Source: Saccostrea cucullata (Eukaryota). From it: 64,000 nt of DNA. The notes beneath the pieces are model-generated. The model was given only the letters and a program-made list of their open reading frames with translations, was not told where the DNA came from and made no database searches. The stretch is taken from the NCBI RefSeq assembly GCF_032062105.1, contig NW_026932818.1:372001-436000 (forward strand). The letters run 5' to 3'. How positions within the stretch are numbered: position 1 is the stretch's first letter; each line of letters begins with the position of its first letter. Positions 26,940-38,693 of this stretch are shown here, one piece after another. Both the position numbers and the translations under genes were made by a program.

Positions 26940-28443
26940 CTGAACAAAAAAAGAAAGGTATATATCTAAAAGTGAATTTGTTTTACTTAGATTAGAAAAT
27001 AAACTTTTTACAACGAAAGGTCTTATATAGGAGACTTAAGCAACAGTCAATTGTGATAAAAAGAATCCTGATCATTCAAGCATATCACCTTTAAATTCTA
27101 AGTGAGTACAATGGATAAAAGTCCGTGCTCGAGAAAATCAGACCACGTGTATCCGTATAATTCTAGGTGTAGAAAATCCTTGTCTTTAGTCGTCAAAGAA
27201 AATCAGAAATTTGGTAAAATTTCTGCGGTTTTTGAAATGCCCCGATTGTCTAAAGATAAACGTGAACGTTCCATAGGGATGCTCCAAGCAGGCATGTCCC
27301 AAAACGCTGTTGCAACGACTGTTGGAACAACTCAAAAGACAATTAGCCTTCTCTGGAGACGTTTCCAGACCACTGGATCTACTGATGACCGGCCCCGAAG
27401 TGGAAGACCTAGAGTTACCACCCTTAGGGAAGACCGTCAAATCCGTTTGCTTATCTACGAAACAGATTTTTGACTGCAGTAGATTCTGCTCACAATGCTA
27501 TAGGGAGGAGGATTAGTCCTCAGACAGTGCGAAACCGACTGAAGAGTTGCGGTTTGAGAGCCCGTAGACCGTACAGAGGGACAGAACTAACAGATCGGCA
27601 CAAGACCTCGAGACGGAATTGGGCACAACATCACTTGCGCTTTCGATTGCAGGACTGGTCCAAAGTACTCTTCAGTGATGAGTCCCGTTTTAGTTTGAAA
27701 TTTGCCGATGGAAGAACTCGTGTCTGGAGGAGACGTGGAGAGCGTTTTGCTGGTTGCTGTGTGACGGAAGTAGACAGATTCGGGGGTGGTAGTGTAATGG
27801 TTTGGGGCGGAATTTGTGGAGGACACCGCACAAGACTTGTTGTTGTGAATGGTACGCTGACAGCTCAAAGATACAGAGATGAAATTCTCTCTCCAGTTCT
27901 GCTGCCGTATCTGCGCACCAATGGTCCTGGTATAACATTCCAGCAGGACAATGCAACAGCACACACAGCTCGAGCAACCAGAGATTTCTTGACTCAAAAC
28001 AACGTGAATGTTCTAGACTGGCCCTCAAAATCTCCGGATCTCTCGCCAATTGAACATGTTTGGGATGAGTTAGGTAGGAGAGTGAGGATGCGCAGACCCC
28101 AGCCACAGAGTCTCTTGCAACTGGCGACAGCACTAGAAGAGGAGTGGATTAATATCCCGGGACACGTAATTCGACGATATGTAACCTCTATGCGTCGCAG
28201 ATGTATCGCAGTGCTGCATGCAGGCGGTGGTCATACACGGTACTGACTTGTGAAATGCAATTAAAACCCCAGGGTAGATCAGAGACTTGTTATTTGCCAA
28301 TGTGTGTATTAAAATGACATTTTTAAAATGAATATTGTCAGACAGTGGTATCTTGTTATTTTTACCAAATAATGTTTTGATTCTATAACTTTTAATAAAT
28401 TTGAAAATAAATTATTTCTGATATACCTTTCTTTTTTTGTTCA

Positions 28444-28444
<1 letters not shown>
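26940..28444 (+). mobile_element. Full-length Tc1 (DD34E) transposon inserted in a (TA)n tract
   Basis: Perfect TIRs ctgaacaaaaaaagaaaggtatat / atatacctttctttttttgttcag flanked by TA runs, ~1.5 kb, with GC-richer transposase inside. Confidence 0.95.
27237..28246 (+). pseudogene. Tc1 transposase (~336 aa) broken by one 1-bp deletion
   Basis: MPRLSK..GRPRVTT HTH region, then FSDESRF, QQDNA, WPSKSPDLSPIE with exactly 34 aa between D and E. Adding one base near 27452 (ctt-[c]at-cta-cga-aac-aga-ttt = LHLRNRF) joins ORFs 27102-27473 and 27470-28246. Confidence 0.9.
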
Positions 28445-28481
<37 letters not shown>

Positions 28482-28543
28482 TTTACCATGAGTATTTTGT
28501 AAAACATCATGAAGAAGAAATGAAAGCGCTTATGTTTTACTCG

Positions 28544-28707
28544 NNNNNNNNNNNNNNNNNNNNNNNNNNNNNNNNNNNNNNNNNNNNNNNNNNNNNNNNN
28601 NNNNNNNNNNNNNNNNNNNNNNNNNNNNNNNNNNNNNNNNNNNNNNNNNNNNNNNNNNNNNNNNNNNNNNNNNNNNNNNNNNNNNNNNNNNNNNNNNNNN
28701 NNNNNNN
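28544..28707. other. Assembly gap (164 N)
   Basis: Run of N. Confidence 1.
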
Positions 28708-29279
28708 GATCGGGAGGACCTTGTTTGATTCTCATTTGCCATGCTGCATAATATGTAAATATAAGTAGTAATTGTTCCATTGCCATGCGCTCAGTACTAG
28801 AGTGAAATTCATGAAGCCTTTTTTGGTCCTTTGGGCGAGACCTTAAAATGCAAGGTTACGGTAGGCGTTGGCAAGGATCCTCAATGGCTATGATTACCAA
28901 CTAAAGGTCTAAATTTGAAGCCCTTAACCGGCATACGATGACATCTTTAAGTGATGAAAAAATCTCGTATGAGACAACAACATACAATCAATCATTCAAT
29001 ACATGTATATCACTATATTTACATTACCCATGTATTTTGCATATAAAGTGTGTGGGAATTAAAGGCATCCAAAGGCATCCAAACGGCAATAATACGGAAA
29101 CGGGATTAAACGGTTAAAGATTACGTTTTATTTTGAAGTCAAACAATTTGAATAACGCGCGTCATTCAATTTCGTTGCACACGCACCGCTGTAGTTACGA
29201 GACTATGTCTTAAAAAAATAATGATTCATTGCTTGAATATTAGCAATGTAAGGATAAACAATTGCTTGAAATTTCATAT

Positions 29280-29690
29280 ACATATAAAATACATGCATGG
29301 TTACCCTCGCGATATTAAGCCGAGGGCGAGGCTTGCCGAGCACTCCATGACGTATTCGACCCGAGCCTAAATATAGCATATATTTCAAGACAGTAACCAT
29401 GTATTTTGTTTATCCTGCAAAATATATTTACATCTTACCTCCAAAATAAACTATTATCAACCCGATTTAGACACATCTCTGCGGAGGAAACTTAAAGACG
29501 CCATGGCGTTAACGTTGAAATATACGTGATGTCACAATGCTTTAGAACGTCGGAATACATACACAAGTCTTTATTTATATTAGGGCATTGGCAAAATAAA
29601 GCTTTGGTTTATTAGGTTGCCTGTTTTAGGTCAATGCAAGGGGTAGTTGCAGGATAAAGTGTATTACATGCTTTTTTCAAGTGAAATTAA
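29280..29690. mobile_element. Crypton-like non-autonomous insertion in intron 3 of LAAO A
   Basis: Absent at the homologous position of copy B (~52940). Inverted pairs aaaatacatg..ggttac / gtaaccatgtatttt and tttatcctgcaa / ttgcaggataaa, plus a cgaggcttgccgag core. Confidence 0.5.
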
Positions 29691-31950
29691 GTTTATGTGT
29701 CAATGTCATAATAGAGCTCAATCCTTAAAATCTTAAAATTCATTTTCAGCTACAAAGAGGTTTTACGAAAAACTGGAATAAGTAATGAAGGATATAAGTA
29801 TTTATTTGACAACTCTATAGTCAAATTTGGCTTTGGAGATGACCAAAGCATTATGAGATTTCCTCGAACAAGACGCGGATTCGAAGAGAACACAACTCCC
29901 AATGGACTTCCACGGGTGGTAACTATTCCTACAGGACTTGGTTCATATCCCATTGGGTTTCTGAGACGATTCCTGTCAAGGAACCCAAAAAGGTATTGTC
30001 AAAGATAATATTTCAGAAAAGATAAATTTTACAAACTTTAACAATAAAATATTCAATCTCATGGCTATATTCTTAAAATTAAAAATTACCCACATGAGAA
30101 AAAAAATTCCAATAACATTTACTTTACCGTTCAAAAAAATATAGCTTATTTATATAAATGAACATATGGAAATAAAGGCATTCATTCAGCTGGATTATGA
30201 AGAGTATATAGTAATAAAGTGACTTTATACTTCATTGACGAAATGACGTCAGTTTTGAACACACAAAACCAAAAGCGAACCATTGGTTGAACTTGTATAT
30301 CAAACCACAGTACGATACAAGCTTAAGAATGCCAACAGAGAGGCATACCAAATTCCACTCCTCTATTATTGATTAGTTTTTCCTCTTATCAATCACAGGA
30401 TGAAAGTTAAGGCATTGTTTACACTGAAAGATAACTTAATGTTTACTGAGAAGTGACTCAATGTTAACCATTATTGTTTTTGGTCAGAAAATTATCCAAA
30501 GATATAAAAGTATTCGACTTTGCACTTAAAAGTATCAGTTTGTCTTTTCAAGCCGATCATCGTACTAATCTTCATTTTAAAAATTTTAATTCTTGTTGTA
30601 GACACCGGTATCATCCAAACAGCCAACTCATTAAAATATCAAAAATAAAAAGAGGACTTTACTGATATTTAGGAGAACAAGGACAATCAATGGCACGACT
30701 ATTCCTACAAATAAATACTTCACAGTTGTTACTCGTAATGTAATACTAGCTCTTCCAAAGATAGCAATACAGCGGATTCAGATGCCAAACTCCAACAATC
30801 CAGTTTTCCAGTCAGCACTCAATTCGGTGATTGATGTTCAAGCCTCAAGGATATTCCTTGTGTACGATTATCCTTGGTGGCTCAATGAGCGATACAATTT
30901 CACGTTTACGCATTCAGATCTTCCGTACCGACAGTCGTTCCATTGGGGGATATCTCGCAATGGTAAAGCAGTTTTTCTCATGTCGTATGCTGACTTTGAT
31001 GATGTCACGTTCTGGAGTCATCTTCAACAAAGAGGAAACGTCATTAGCAAAAAAAATGATGATACCCGGGTAACGGACGAGGTTTTAAGACACGCACATA
31101 GTCAGATTTCCAGAGTTTACAAGATAGACTGCAGACATCTCCCTGCTCCTGTGGACGGAATGATGTTTGCTTGGGACAAGTACCCGTACAATGGAGCTTG
31201 GGTATCTTGGAAACCCGGATCAAGATGGTACGACATCAAAAACTATCTGACAACACCTTTTCCTGGAGACAATATATTCATTGTGCATGGTTACTGGGGA
31301 GCGGAATATAATGGTTGGGGAGAGAGTTCGTTGGATGCCGCAGATGACGTATTAACTCACTTTGGAGTTCCATCTTATCTTTATAACATGGGTAACAAAT
31401 GAACACCCTTGTAACTTAGTTATGGAAGACAAACAAATGCAAACTGAGTGATTATCAAACGTTTTCAGGCAAGATTTTTTGAGAAAATTTGAAAAATTAT
31501 TGATAATTCTTGTAACACCAATAGATAATTATAGTAATTATATTTTATAAATAACAATGCATTTATTGATGTTTTAAATCTGTATTATGAATTTCTTCCT
31601 TGACAGTGTTTTTATTTTACATACTATATTTTTCTCTCGGTAGGTAGTACTTAACGTCAAAACGTTCTCTCTTTCTTTATTTACAAGATCTTGTCTAGGC
31701 GATTAATTTAGTTGTTCAAACAATTTATTTGAAATTGTTTTATCGCATAATATTGTGAACGTGAAATATAAACGTTTATCATGTTGATAGTAGAACTGGG
31801 TCTTGTAGATATCAATAATTGGAAGACGGTATTGGGTTAGATTCTTATTTTTTCCGTGGAGATAAACTTTAAAGATTATTGAATTATAAGTTACAATGTT
31901 TGAATGTTTCAAACCCAGCCTAAAATTTAAAACACAAAATTCACTCTACT

Positions 31951-31971
31951 ACACACACACACACACACACA
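31951..31971. repeat. (CA)n microsatellite
   Basis: Directly visible. Confidence 0.9.
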
Positions 31972-32334
31972 AATACAATAAAAAACAAAAGCAAATCAAA
32001 ATAAATAAATAAATAATCATTGGGGAAGGCTTGATTTTGAGTTATATGAGTTATGATTATATGACCAGGGTAGTACGTTTAATTAACCCTATTGACATTT
32101 CATCTGAAATTATATTTGGGTAATGTTGGATATAAGCTTGGTACACAAGGGCAGTTATCACCCATTCCCCCATCCCCAGCAAGTTAAGGCACAAAGGGGC
32201 AAAGTCTAGGGTTCACTGCTTGACTGGTAAAAGTTGACCAAAATCAACTGAAATTTTCTTGAGTAGGCTTTTTACCTATACAAATCAAATATACATGTAG
32301 TAATTTCACAGAAATTCTTGACTTTTACAATTTT

Positions 32335-32624
32335 AATTGATTGCATATTACTAAACGTCTTTCTAGAGAATTTTTCACTCATATGGAAACACCACCTCTT
32401 GCCGGCGGAGAGCTGCAAATTTTTCCTATACTCGGCACTCAGGGCCATTGAGCAGGTAGGGATCTCTTTCGTGCCAGCATCTACTGCGACAGGAGACCTC
32501 GGTTAATACGGTCACATCCGAAGAACCGGTCTCCATGTCCAACAGTGGGATTCGAACCCGCAACGTAAGGATCAACTCCTCACTTAGCAACTTTAGAGCA
32601 GACGCTCTAACCACTGCACCACGC
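32335..32624 (-). mobile_element. tRNA-derived SINE (probably Meta-domain type), near full length
   Basis: Minus strand: A-box gtgcagtggttagagc, B-box ggttcgaatccc, body cggatgtgaccgtattaaccgaggtc..ggcacgaaagagatccct, tail gagtgaaaaattctc..caatcaat. Homologous to 36147-36420. Confidence 0.85.
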
Positions 32625-33049
32625 AAGCGACGAATTTTTAGCGAGGATTTAATTTTAGCATTATTAGCGAGGGTGCCAAGATTGCCAAAATTGAATATCG
32701 CTAAAAATTATCGCACTCTGTTTGTAATAGCTTCTTTAGTGAGCTTTTTAAAATCACTAAAATTAGATCTCGTTAAAAATAAAATACCGAATTTTGAGGA
32801 CAATTTCCACTTATACAGTATATACAGAGAAATTAAGTAAAATAGATGAAGCAGTATTGATGATTCACCTATTGGGGTAGTGTACATGTACATTAAGAAT
32901 GCATTCTGTTTTTCATATATTATCTATCACCCTTTCTTTTAACCAGACATCATACATGTGAGATTGGAAATACCATTTTGACAAACAATTGCCATTTTGT
33001 AAAAAGTTAAAAATCTATGTAAAGTGTTATAAATTACATAAATGATATT

Positions 33050-36000
33050 TTCTTATTTTACAGGGAAAAAAGGAGACACTTTTTGTAAACATATGTTACA
33101 TGTAGATATTTTTCAACAGATTTGTGTTGAACGTGGCAAATCTAATGACAAGACAGCGGAACTCTCTTCAGATTTGACTCAAAGGGATAGAATGGAGACA
33201 GTTATATCTATGCTTATGTGATTATCTCAAGATACATTGACTGAGCTATATTACAATCCCAGGATTGGTGTCTAGAATGCTTAACACAAAGAAAGTAAAA
33301 CAACTAATAAAAGATGAAGTGATGCAGCTGATTTTCTTAAGAATATCCGCTCCCAGCCAAGAAGAATAACTCTAAAAATGATCATATAATCAAGAAAGAC
33401 TCAAAATTAAGTTTGAAATTAATATCTTTTCGAGCAACATCTTTTATTCACGCAACTCAAGTTCTTCGTAGTCTGAAACTGGGTAAAGTTGACACGTGTT
33501 TCCCATAAAATTCTTTAAAATCTTTAGATAAAAATCGAATTTCTCCAACCTTGCTTTAATTGACAAGCTTGTTAACCATGATATAGAATTTGAAGTGATA
33601 GTTTATGTCTTCCAATGAAAACACATTTTTTTTACATTACAGGTATGTGTTATATGATGCTTGAAAAAATATAAGAACTAAAATACCATTAAAGTATACA
33701 TAACAGGCATTTTTTTCCAATCCAGGATACCTATAAATGTTTACCGGCATTCTAAAATATTTCTTTTCATAAATTTACAATGAAAAATTGCATAGGTGGT
33801 GCTTTTCATTTGCATTTTCTGAAAATATATTTGAGATTCGATAATTTTCCCTCTATAGTATGATTACCGGTAGCTATAATGATGAAGATCGAAGAAATAT
33901 AGGTAAATACACATTACTTTTTGAAAGCAGATAACATTATTTCAATTAACTGCCCGGGGATCGGACTGCCTTAATCATTATGGTAGTTTACCTCCCCTTC
34001 CAAAGAAGAGGTTATTGGCTTTCAACAATACAATGCAGTTATTTACATATATATACAGGTGGTATATCTAGGGTTTTCGGGATTTTTCATAATTAGGAGA
34101 TCGCCGTGTCATATTTGAATAGATTAGAATGACATCTTTGGTTTTTGATAAAAATCGCTATCTATATTTAGTGTTAGACCTGTACATTTAGCTAACTACA
34201 AGATTTCATACCGACAAACAATTGGTTGTGCAAATGGTCAATTCCGCTTAAGTCAGGCTATTAGTTAGAAACTTGTACTTAATATCACTTATTTCAATAT
34301 TATATTTAAGAAGGGTTCATTAGTTAGCTATTATATCAAATTAAATTGAAGATTCTATTATGAATTGATATTGGATTCATTTTTAGGCTTTGGGTCCTCG
34401 TGCATCTCAGTTCAATAATGGAAACATAAGTTTCAATAATTGGTCCACACCTTTTCAACAATGTCACATTGACTTCATCAAGCTAGATGGATGAACAAAT
34501 CCTTCACAAACAGAGTCTTAACTTGGTACACCTTGCCATGGCCAATTTTGGTACATTTCATGGTTAATTAGTTATCAACCCTTTATTGCAATACTATTCA
34601 TTGCTGTAACGTTTTCATATGCTGTTTTAGATCATCCTCTTTTCAGCAGCAGTATTATAGGGCATTCCTGAACAAATTATCAAACAACTGGGCAGGTGGA
34701 ACCTATAGATTGTGTGTAGTAGGGTTTTGACATTCAGAGGATACTGTGCTACATGTACCCAAAATGACACTATAAGTCCTTGAGGAAAAAACCCTTTGAT
34801 AATTTGATAAAAAGATTTTTTTAATTGGGTTTAAAGTCAGGGAAATAAAATTGAAGAAATTTGAATCTTTGTTTAGAGTAGATTAATATACACCTGGATG
34901 GTACATTTTGGTTTCAAGGACCTGGACATCCTGGATCATTATTGTTTCATAGTATGGAAAGTTCCTGCTTATTCCGCAAATAATAAGTCCAGATTCAATT
35001 ATGTGGTCTGATATAAGTGAAATACAAGATGAATCTTGATTGCATAGAAAAACTAGCTAACAAGCGTCTCTATATTATACATGAACATTTATTAAATTTG
35101 AAATTTACAGGTCAGGTGGGTGAAAGGGAATGAAGTAAAAACTATCATATATACACCTACCGCGCTAGTGGTGTGTGAACTTGTATAGACAAGTATATTT
35201 GGGGGAATTCGGGATTTACCACGAAAGGGGACTTCTCTCATTTCTGGCTTAAAACTCTGGGTAATCTATTCTTAGTACTGGGGAAGATTTGGGGGTTACC
35301 TCAGCGGTACCTGGGGAACCAGCTCGATCTTTGTAGGTACCAAAGGCAAGTTTTGGGGCATACCCCTGGGGGTATTGTCCCCATGTTGTTGTTGTACTTC
35401 AGGGGAGGAAGGTATAGAGTTAGGGCCCAGTCAGAACTTGAATTCATTCATTTCATGTGACACTCAATCTTGTTGGTACTGGTACCAAGAGGTCTGTTCC
35501 CACCATAGTCACTTGTGGGAGCACTATCGCGCCAAGAATCTAGGGAGGTATTCCGGTAGGCAGCTAGTGGTTTCCTTGGGTTCCGCCGGGGTATTTACTT
35601 CTATGAATAAATAGATTGTGACAAATACTTGCCACAAAATCTAATAAAAGTTTTACAATAAATGTGATTAAAGTTAATATTTGTTTCTATTTATTGTATC
35701 TGGTATTCATTGTATTTATCACCATATTATGATTAATGCTTAAATACCAGTGCAAGGGCGATCACTCGTGCGTTCTTGGTTGTGGTTAAACATTATCGAG
35801 GCTATGGGTTTAAGTAGATGACACAATATAATACAACACCTAATGACCCCGATTTTCATAATCTACCGAAAAAGCTAGAAGGGCAGACATGTTGCAAAAT
35901 TTCACCTTCCCAGTGCATCCTTCCCTATCTGTACAACTTTTTGCTGCTTACCTTTCTGTAATTTCAGTGACAGAAGCCTTTTGAAAGTGATTATGCATAT

Positions 36001-36900
36001 ATGTAAAACACTCTAACGGTTGGAATCATAAGCAAGGCAAGGATGTGGTCGTTATGTATATGTTGGGACCGTTTGGTGTTTGTTGGACATTTTCTTTTGA
36101 AACAAATGATCAATACTGAGTTTATTTGTGCATTTCTAAGGTGTGAGCATCTGCTCTAGAGTCGCGAAGTAAGGAGTCAATCCTTACGTCGCGGGTTGGA
36201 ATCCCACTGCGGGACGTGGAGACCGGTCCTTCGGATGAGACCGTATAAACCGAGGCCCCGTGTTGCAGTAGGTGCTGGCACGAAAAAGATCCCTCACTGC
36301 TCAAAGGCCCTGAGTGCCGAGCATAGGACAAAATTTGTAGCCCTCCACCGGCAAGTGGTGGCGTCTCCATATGAGTGAAAAATTCTCGAGAGGGACGTTA
36401 AACAACATACAATCAATCAATCTAAGGTGTGATACATAATCAGTACTTCAGTGACATCGATGATCATTGATGATTATGTGTTTATGTACAATGTTACTAT
36501 ACAGTGTACAGTGTTACTTTTAATAAGTATCGCAAACGAGTATAGCTTGTAAATATATATTGAAATTTTCTAGGTTTGGGATAATGGTAAAGCTTCTTAA
36601 GTCACAATTTGGTATGGGGGCGGCGGGATTCGGGAATTACAGCGAATGAGGAATTCTCTTATGTCTGGTTCAAAACTCTGGGTAATCTATCCTCAGTACT
36701 CGGGAGGATTAATTTGGGGTTACCTCAGCGGTACCTGATTTTATATTTGTGGGTACCAAAGGCAATTTTTTTAGATTACGTCCGGAGTGTATTAAATGCA
36801 CGGGTTACCTCAGCGGTACCCGAGGGACCAACTTTATATTTGTGGGTACCAAAGCATTTTTTTATTACGTCCGGAGTGTATAAAATGCACGGAAGCCAAG
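33050..36900 (+). mobile_element. Highly decayed DIRS/Ngaro-type tyrosine-recombinase retrotransposon
   Basis: Collinear + strand remnants: RNase H-like TDKQLVVQMVNS..LVR(K)LVL (34210-34300), tyrosine-recombinase C-terminus FR..SAA..GIPEQIIKQLGRW (34626-34699), SGNH-like INIHLDG and IMWSDI (34883-35016), then a repeated segment (35200-35350 vs 36620-36890) and AATAAA signals. Boundaries are approximate. Confidence 0.5.
36147..36420 (+). mobile_element. 5'-truncated SINE with intact target-site duplication
   Basis: 12-bp TSD tctaaggtgtga at 36135-36146 and 36421-36432, (aatc)n tail, same family as 32335-32624. More decayed copies at ~28800-29000, 56484-56640 and ~63650-63805. Confidence 0.9.
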
Positions 36901-38072
36901 ATTTGCAAAGTGTGATGTGTAAACGCTCTCGCAACATGTTTGATGGTTATATCACATAATTTGGATAAAAATCTCGAGTTCTGAATTCAAAAAAAATGAA
37001 ATCGTGTGTATGTACACGTATAGCTCATTAGTAAGAAATAGAGAAAATTACTTTCGGAACATGTACACAATAGAATTTTTGTATTTTGAAATCTTTCGGT
37101 CAGCTCATAGATGGAAAAGATAAAATCAACGTCTTACAAGAATAAAAAAGTCTGAAAAGTCTATTTAATGTTAAGATTAATTAATTCAATTAAGGTCAGG
37201 GTAATTTCATATAAATATTATCCAGATTGTTTGGAAAATTTTGAATAATTATGGCATTTTACTAATGTTATTTTTTTAAAAGGAAAATGAAATCCATCAG
37301 CATTTTTGTATATGTATTATTAAAAATGCTAAATTAGCTACCTTTAAATATAGATTATTCTTTTGATATCTGCAAATATGTAAGAAAAGACAAAATATGT
37401 TTTACTTTATGCTAAAAAGAACCATATGCTAAGTAGATAGTCTTAAAGTTAAACATTAAATAAGTTTAAATTAAATGATTTTTGGGAAAAGTACAAGTAC
37501 TTGTTGCTACATTAACATGTATTTGAAAAAAGACCATGTCAAATATCAACCAGTATGGAAATGCCATGTAAATTCCCATTTAATTTTTTCAATGTAGCTT
37601 ATCGGTATTCTGCATTAAAAACTTCCTATTGTGCAAGATGTATGCAAAGCATTGTTTTATCAGAAAAAATGTTACGAGAAGATAATGTAGTTCTAACTGC
37701 TGAATTATGCCTTAAAATCTCAAACTTTCATAGCTTTGAAATTTGTCATTTTTGATCATCTTTAAACTGTTTATTGTCACTTAAATAAAGTACAAAAATC
37801 ATCAAATGAGTTTTCAAAGGGAGGTTTTAGGGGAGTGTTAAAGATTTTCAATTATTGTACCATAAAACAAAGAATATGAAATAGGTGGAATTTTTCTTGA
37901 AAAATATAATTCTAAAAGTCTCTACAATAAATAACACATTTCATGAATTATCAAAAATAAATAATAAATGAAAAATTCTCGTTCTTTGATTTATAAAAAC
38001 ATTAATAATCATTCTTAATAGTTATTAAATTCAATACAATTTAAAAAAAAAAAATCAATGTGCAAGAGAAGG

Positions 38073-38693
38073 ATATGGAAATAACGAACAGTATTCAATC
38101 TCAACGTCCATTAAACAAATATACAAAATAAGAGCAGAGCAAACACGGACCTCCGAAAAATCAGAGGTGAGATCAGGTGCCATGGAGGAGTGAGCATCCC
38201 CTGCCGACCGGTCACACCCGCCGTGTGCTCGTTGTCATAATCAGGAAATAACGGAAAAAATCCGTGGTCAATTCAGTGTATAAATAATGGACTAACAATT
38301 GGTATGAAAAACGTCCGTCAGCATTTCATTCAATGATAAATTGTATTTGTTGACAAGGTCATTGTATCGACCATAGAATTTACGAAATGATGACTTCAAA
38401 CGAGACTGTTGATATTCTTGTTTCATCAACTTGCTTGTCAATAATTTACCTCGTTTAAGAAATTGTTCATACGTAGAGCATGCTCTTGCGTATCGAATCA
38501 ACTGAGATATAAATACTCCGTATGCAGGTGATGAAGGTATATTGCTGCATAAGTAAGGGAAGTTGACGATAGAAAAGTTAAAGTCATCACGTTTATCATA
38601 TAGCTTGGTTGTTAGATTACCATTAGTGTCTTTTTCAAGTAAAATATCCAAGTATGAAGCAGAAGTGTCGGACTCTGTGGTATCTTTTATCTC
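38073..38693 (-). mobile_element. 5'-truncated Penelope-like retroelement (Naiad-type; ORF ends at the RT C-terminus)
   Basis: Open frame EIKDTTESDTSASYLDIL..YDKRDDFNFSIVNFPYLCSNIPSSPAYGVFISQLIRYARAC..KFYGRY stops at 38292 with no C-terminal GIY-YIG. It is followed by a 3' UTR that is repeated elsewhere in the window. Confidence 0.8.

Larger units (their letters stand above)
26700..28727 (+). mobile_element. Decayed oyster CvA/Helentron-type element hosting the Tc1 insertion
   Basis: Head ttttagctcatctgagcc..agctttactgatca..tccgtc..cttcagaaccactg..ttcaaccaaact and tail ggaccttgttt. The same relic is present in LAAO C intron 3 (62286-63566). Family assignment is from recalled consensus. Confidence 0.55.
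23186..31402 (+). pseudogene. LAAO copy A (achacin/aplysianin/escapin-like secreted flavoenzyme), frameshifted as assembled
   Basis: Exons 23186-23240, 25400-25793, 26446-26547, 29750-29992, 30602-31402. Motifs GAGIGG, RVGGRMYT, ELGAMR, WVSWKPG, GWGESSL. The last exon is 801 nt versus 805 in copy B: a 4-bp loss (ggactttac-tgatattt vs ggactctacCGATtgatgttt) gives TGA at 30663-30665. Confidence 0.8.

Noticed and set aside
27440-27480. Programmed frameshift in the Tc1 transposase
   Set aside because: A simple 1-bp deletion restores the typical LHLRNRF sequence, and Tc1 transposases are not known to use recoding.
27186-28133. Several long antisense or alternate-frame ORFs over the Tc1
   Set aside because: Shadows of a GC-richer coding sequence, with no motifs.
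28412-28786. ORFs spanning the N run
   Set aside because: Artefacts of the assembly gap.
30663-30665. TGA in LAAO A as selenocysteine or readthrough
   Set aside because: It results from a 4-bp deletion. Reading through stays out of frame and stops again at about 30742.
32540-32624. Functional tRNA gene
   Set aside because: The A and B boxes run straight into a SINE body and tail shared with other copies, with no clean cloverleaf.
38230-38292. SECIS element in the Naiad-like 3' UTR
   Set aside because: An ATGA is present but there is no properly spaced AA loop or GA quartet, and the visible ORF has no in-frame TGA.
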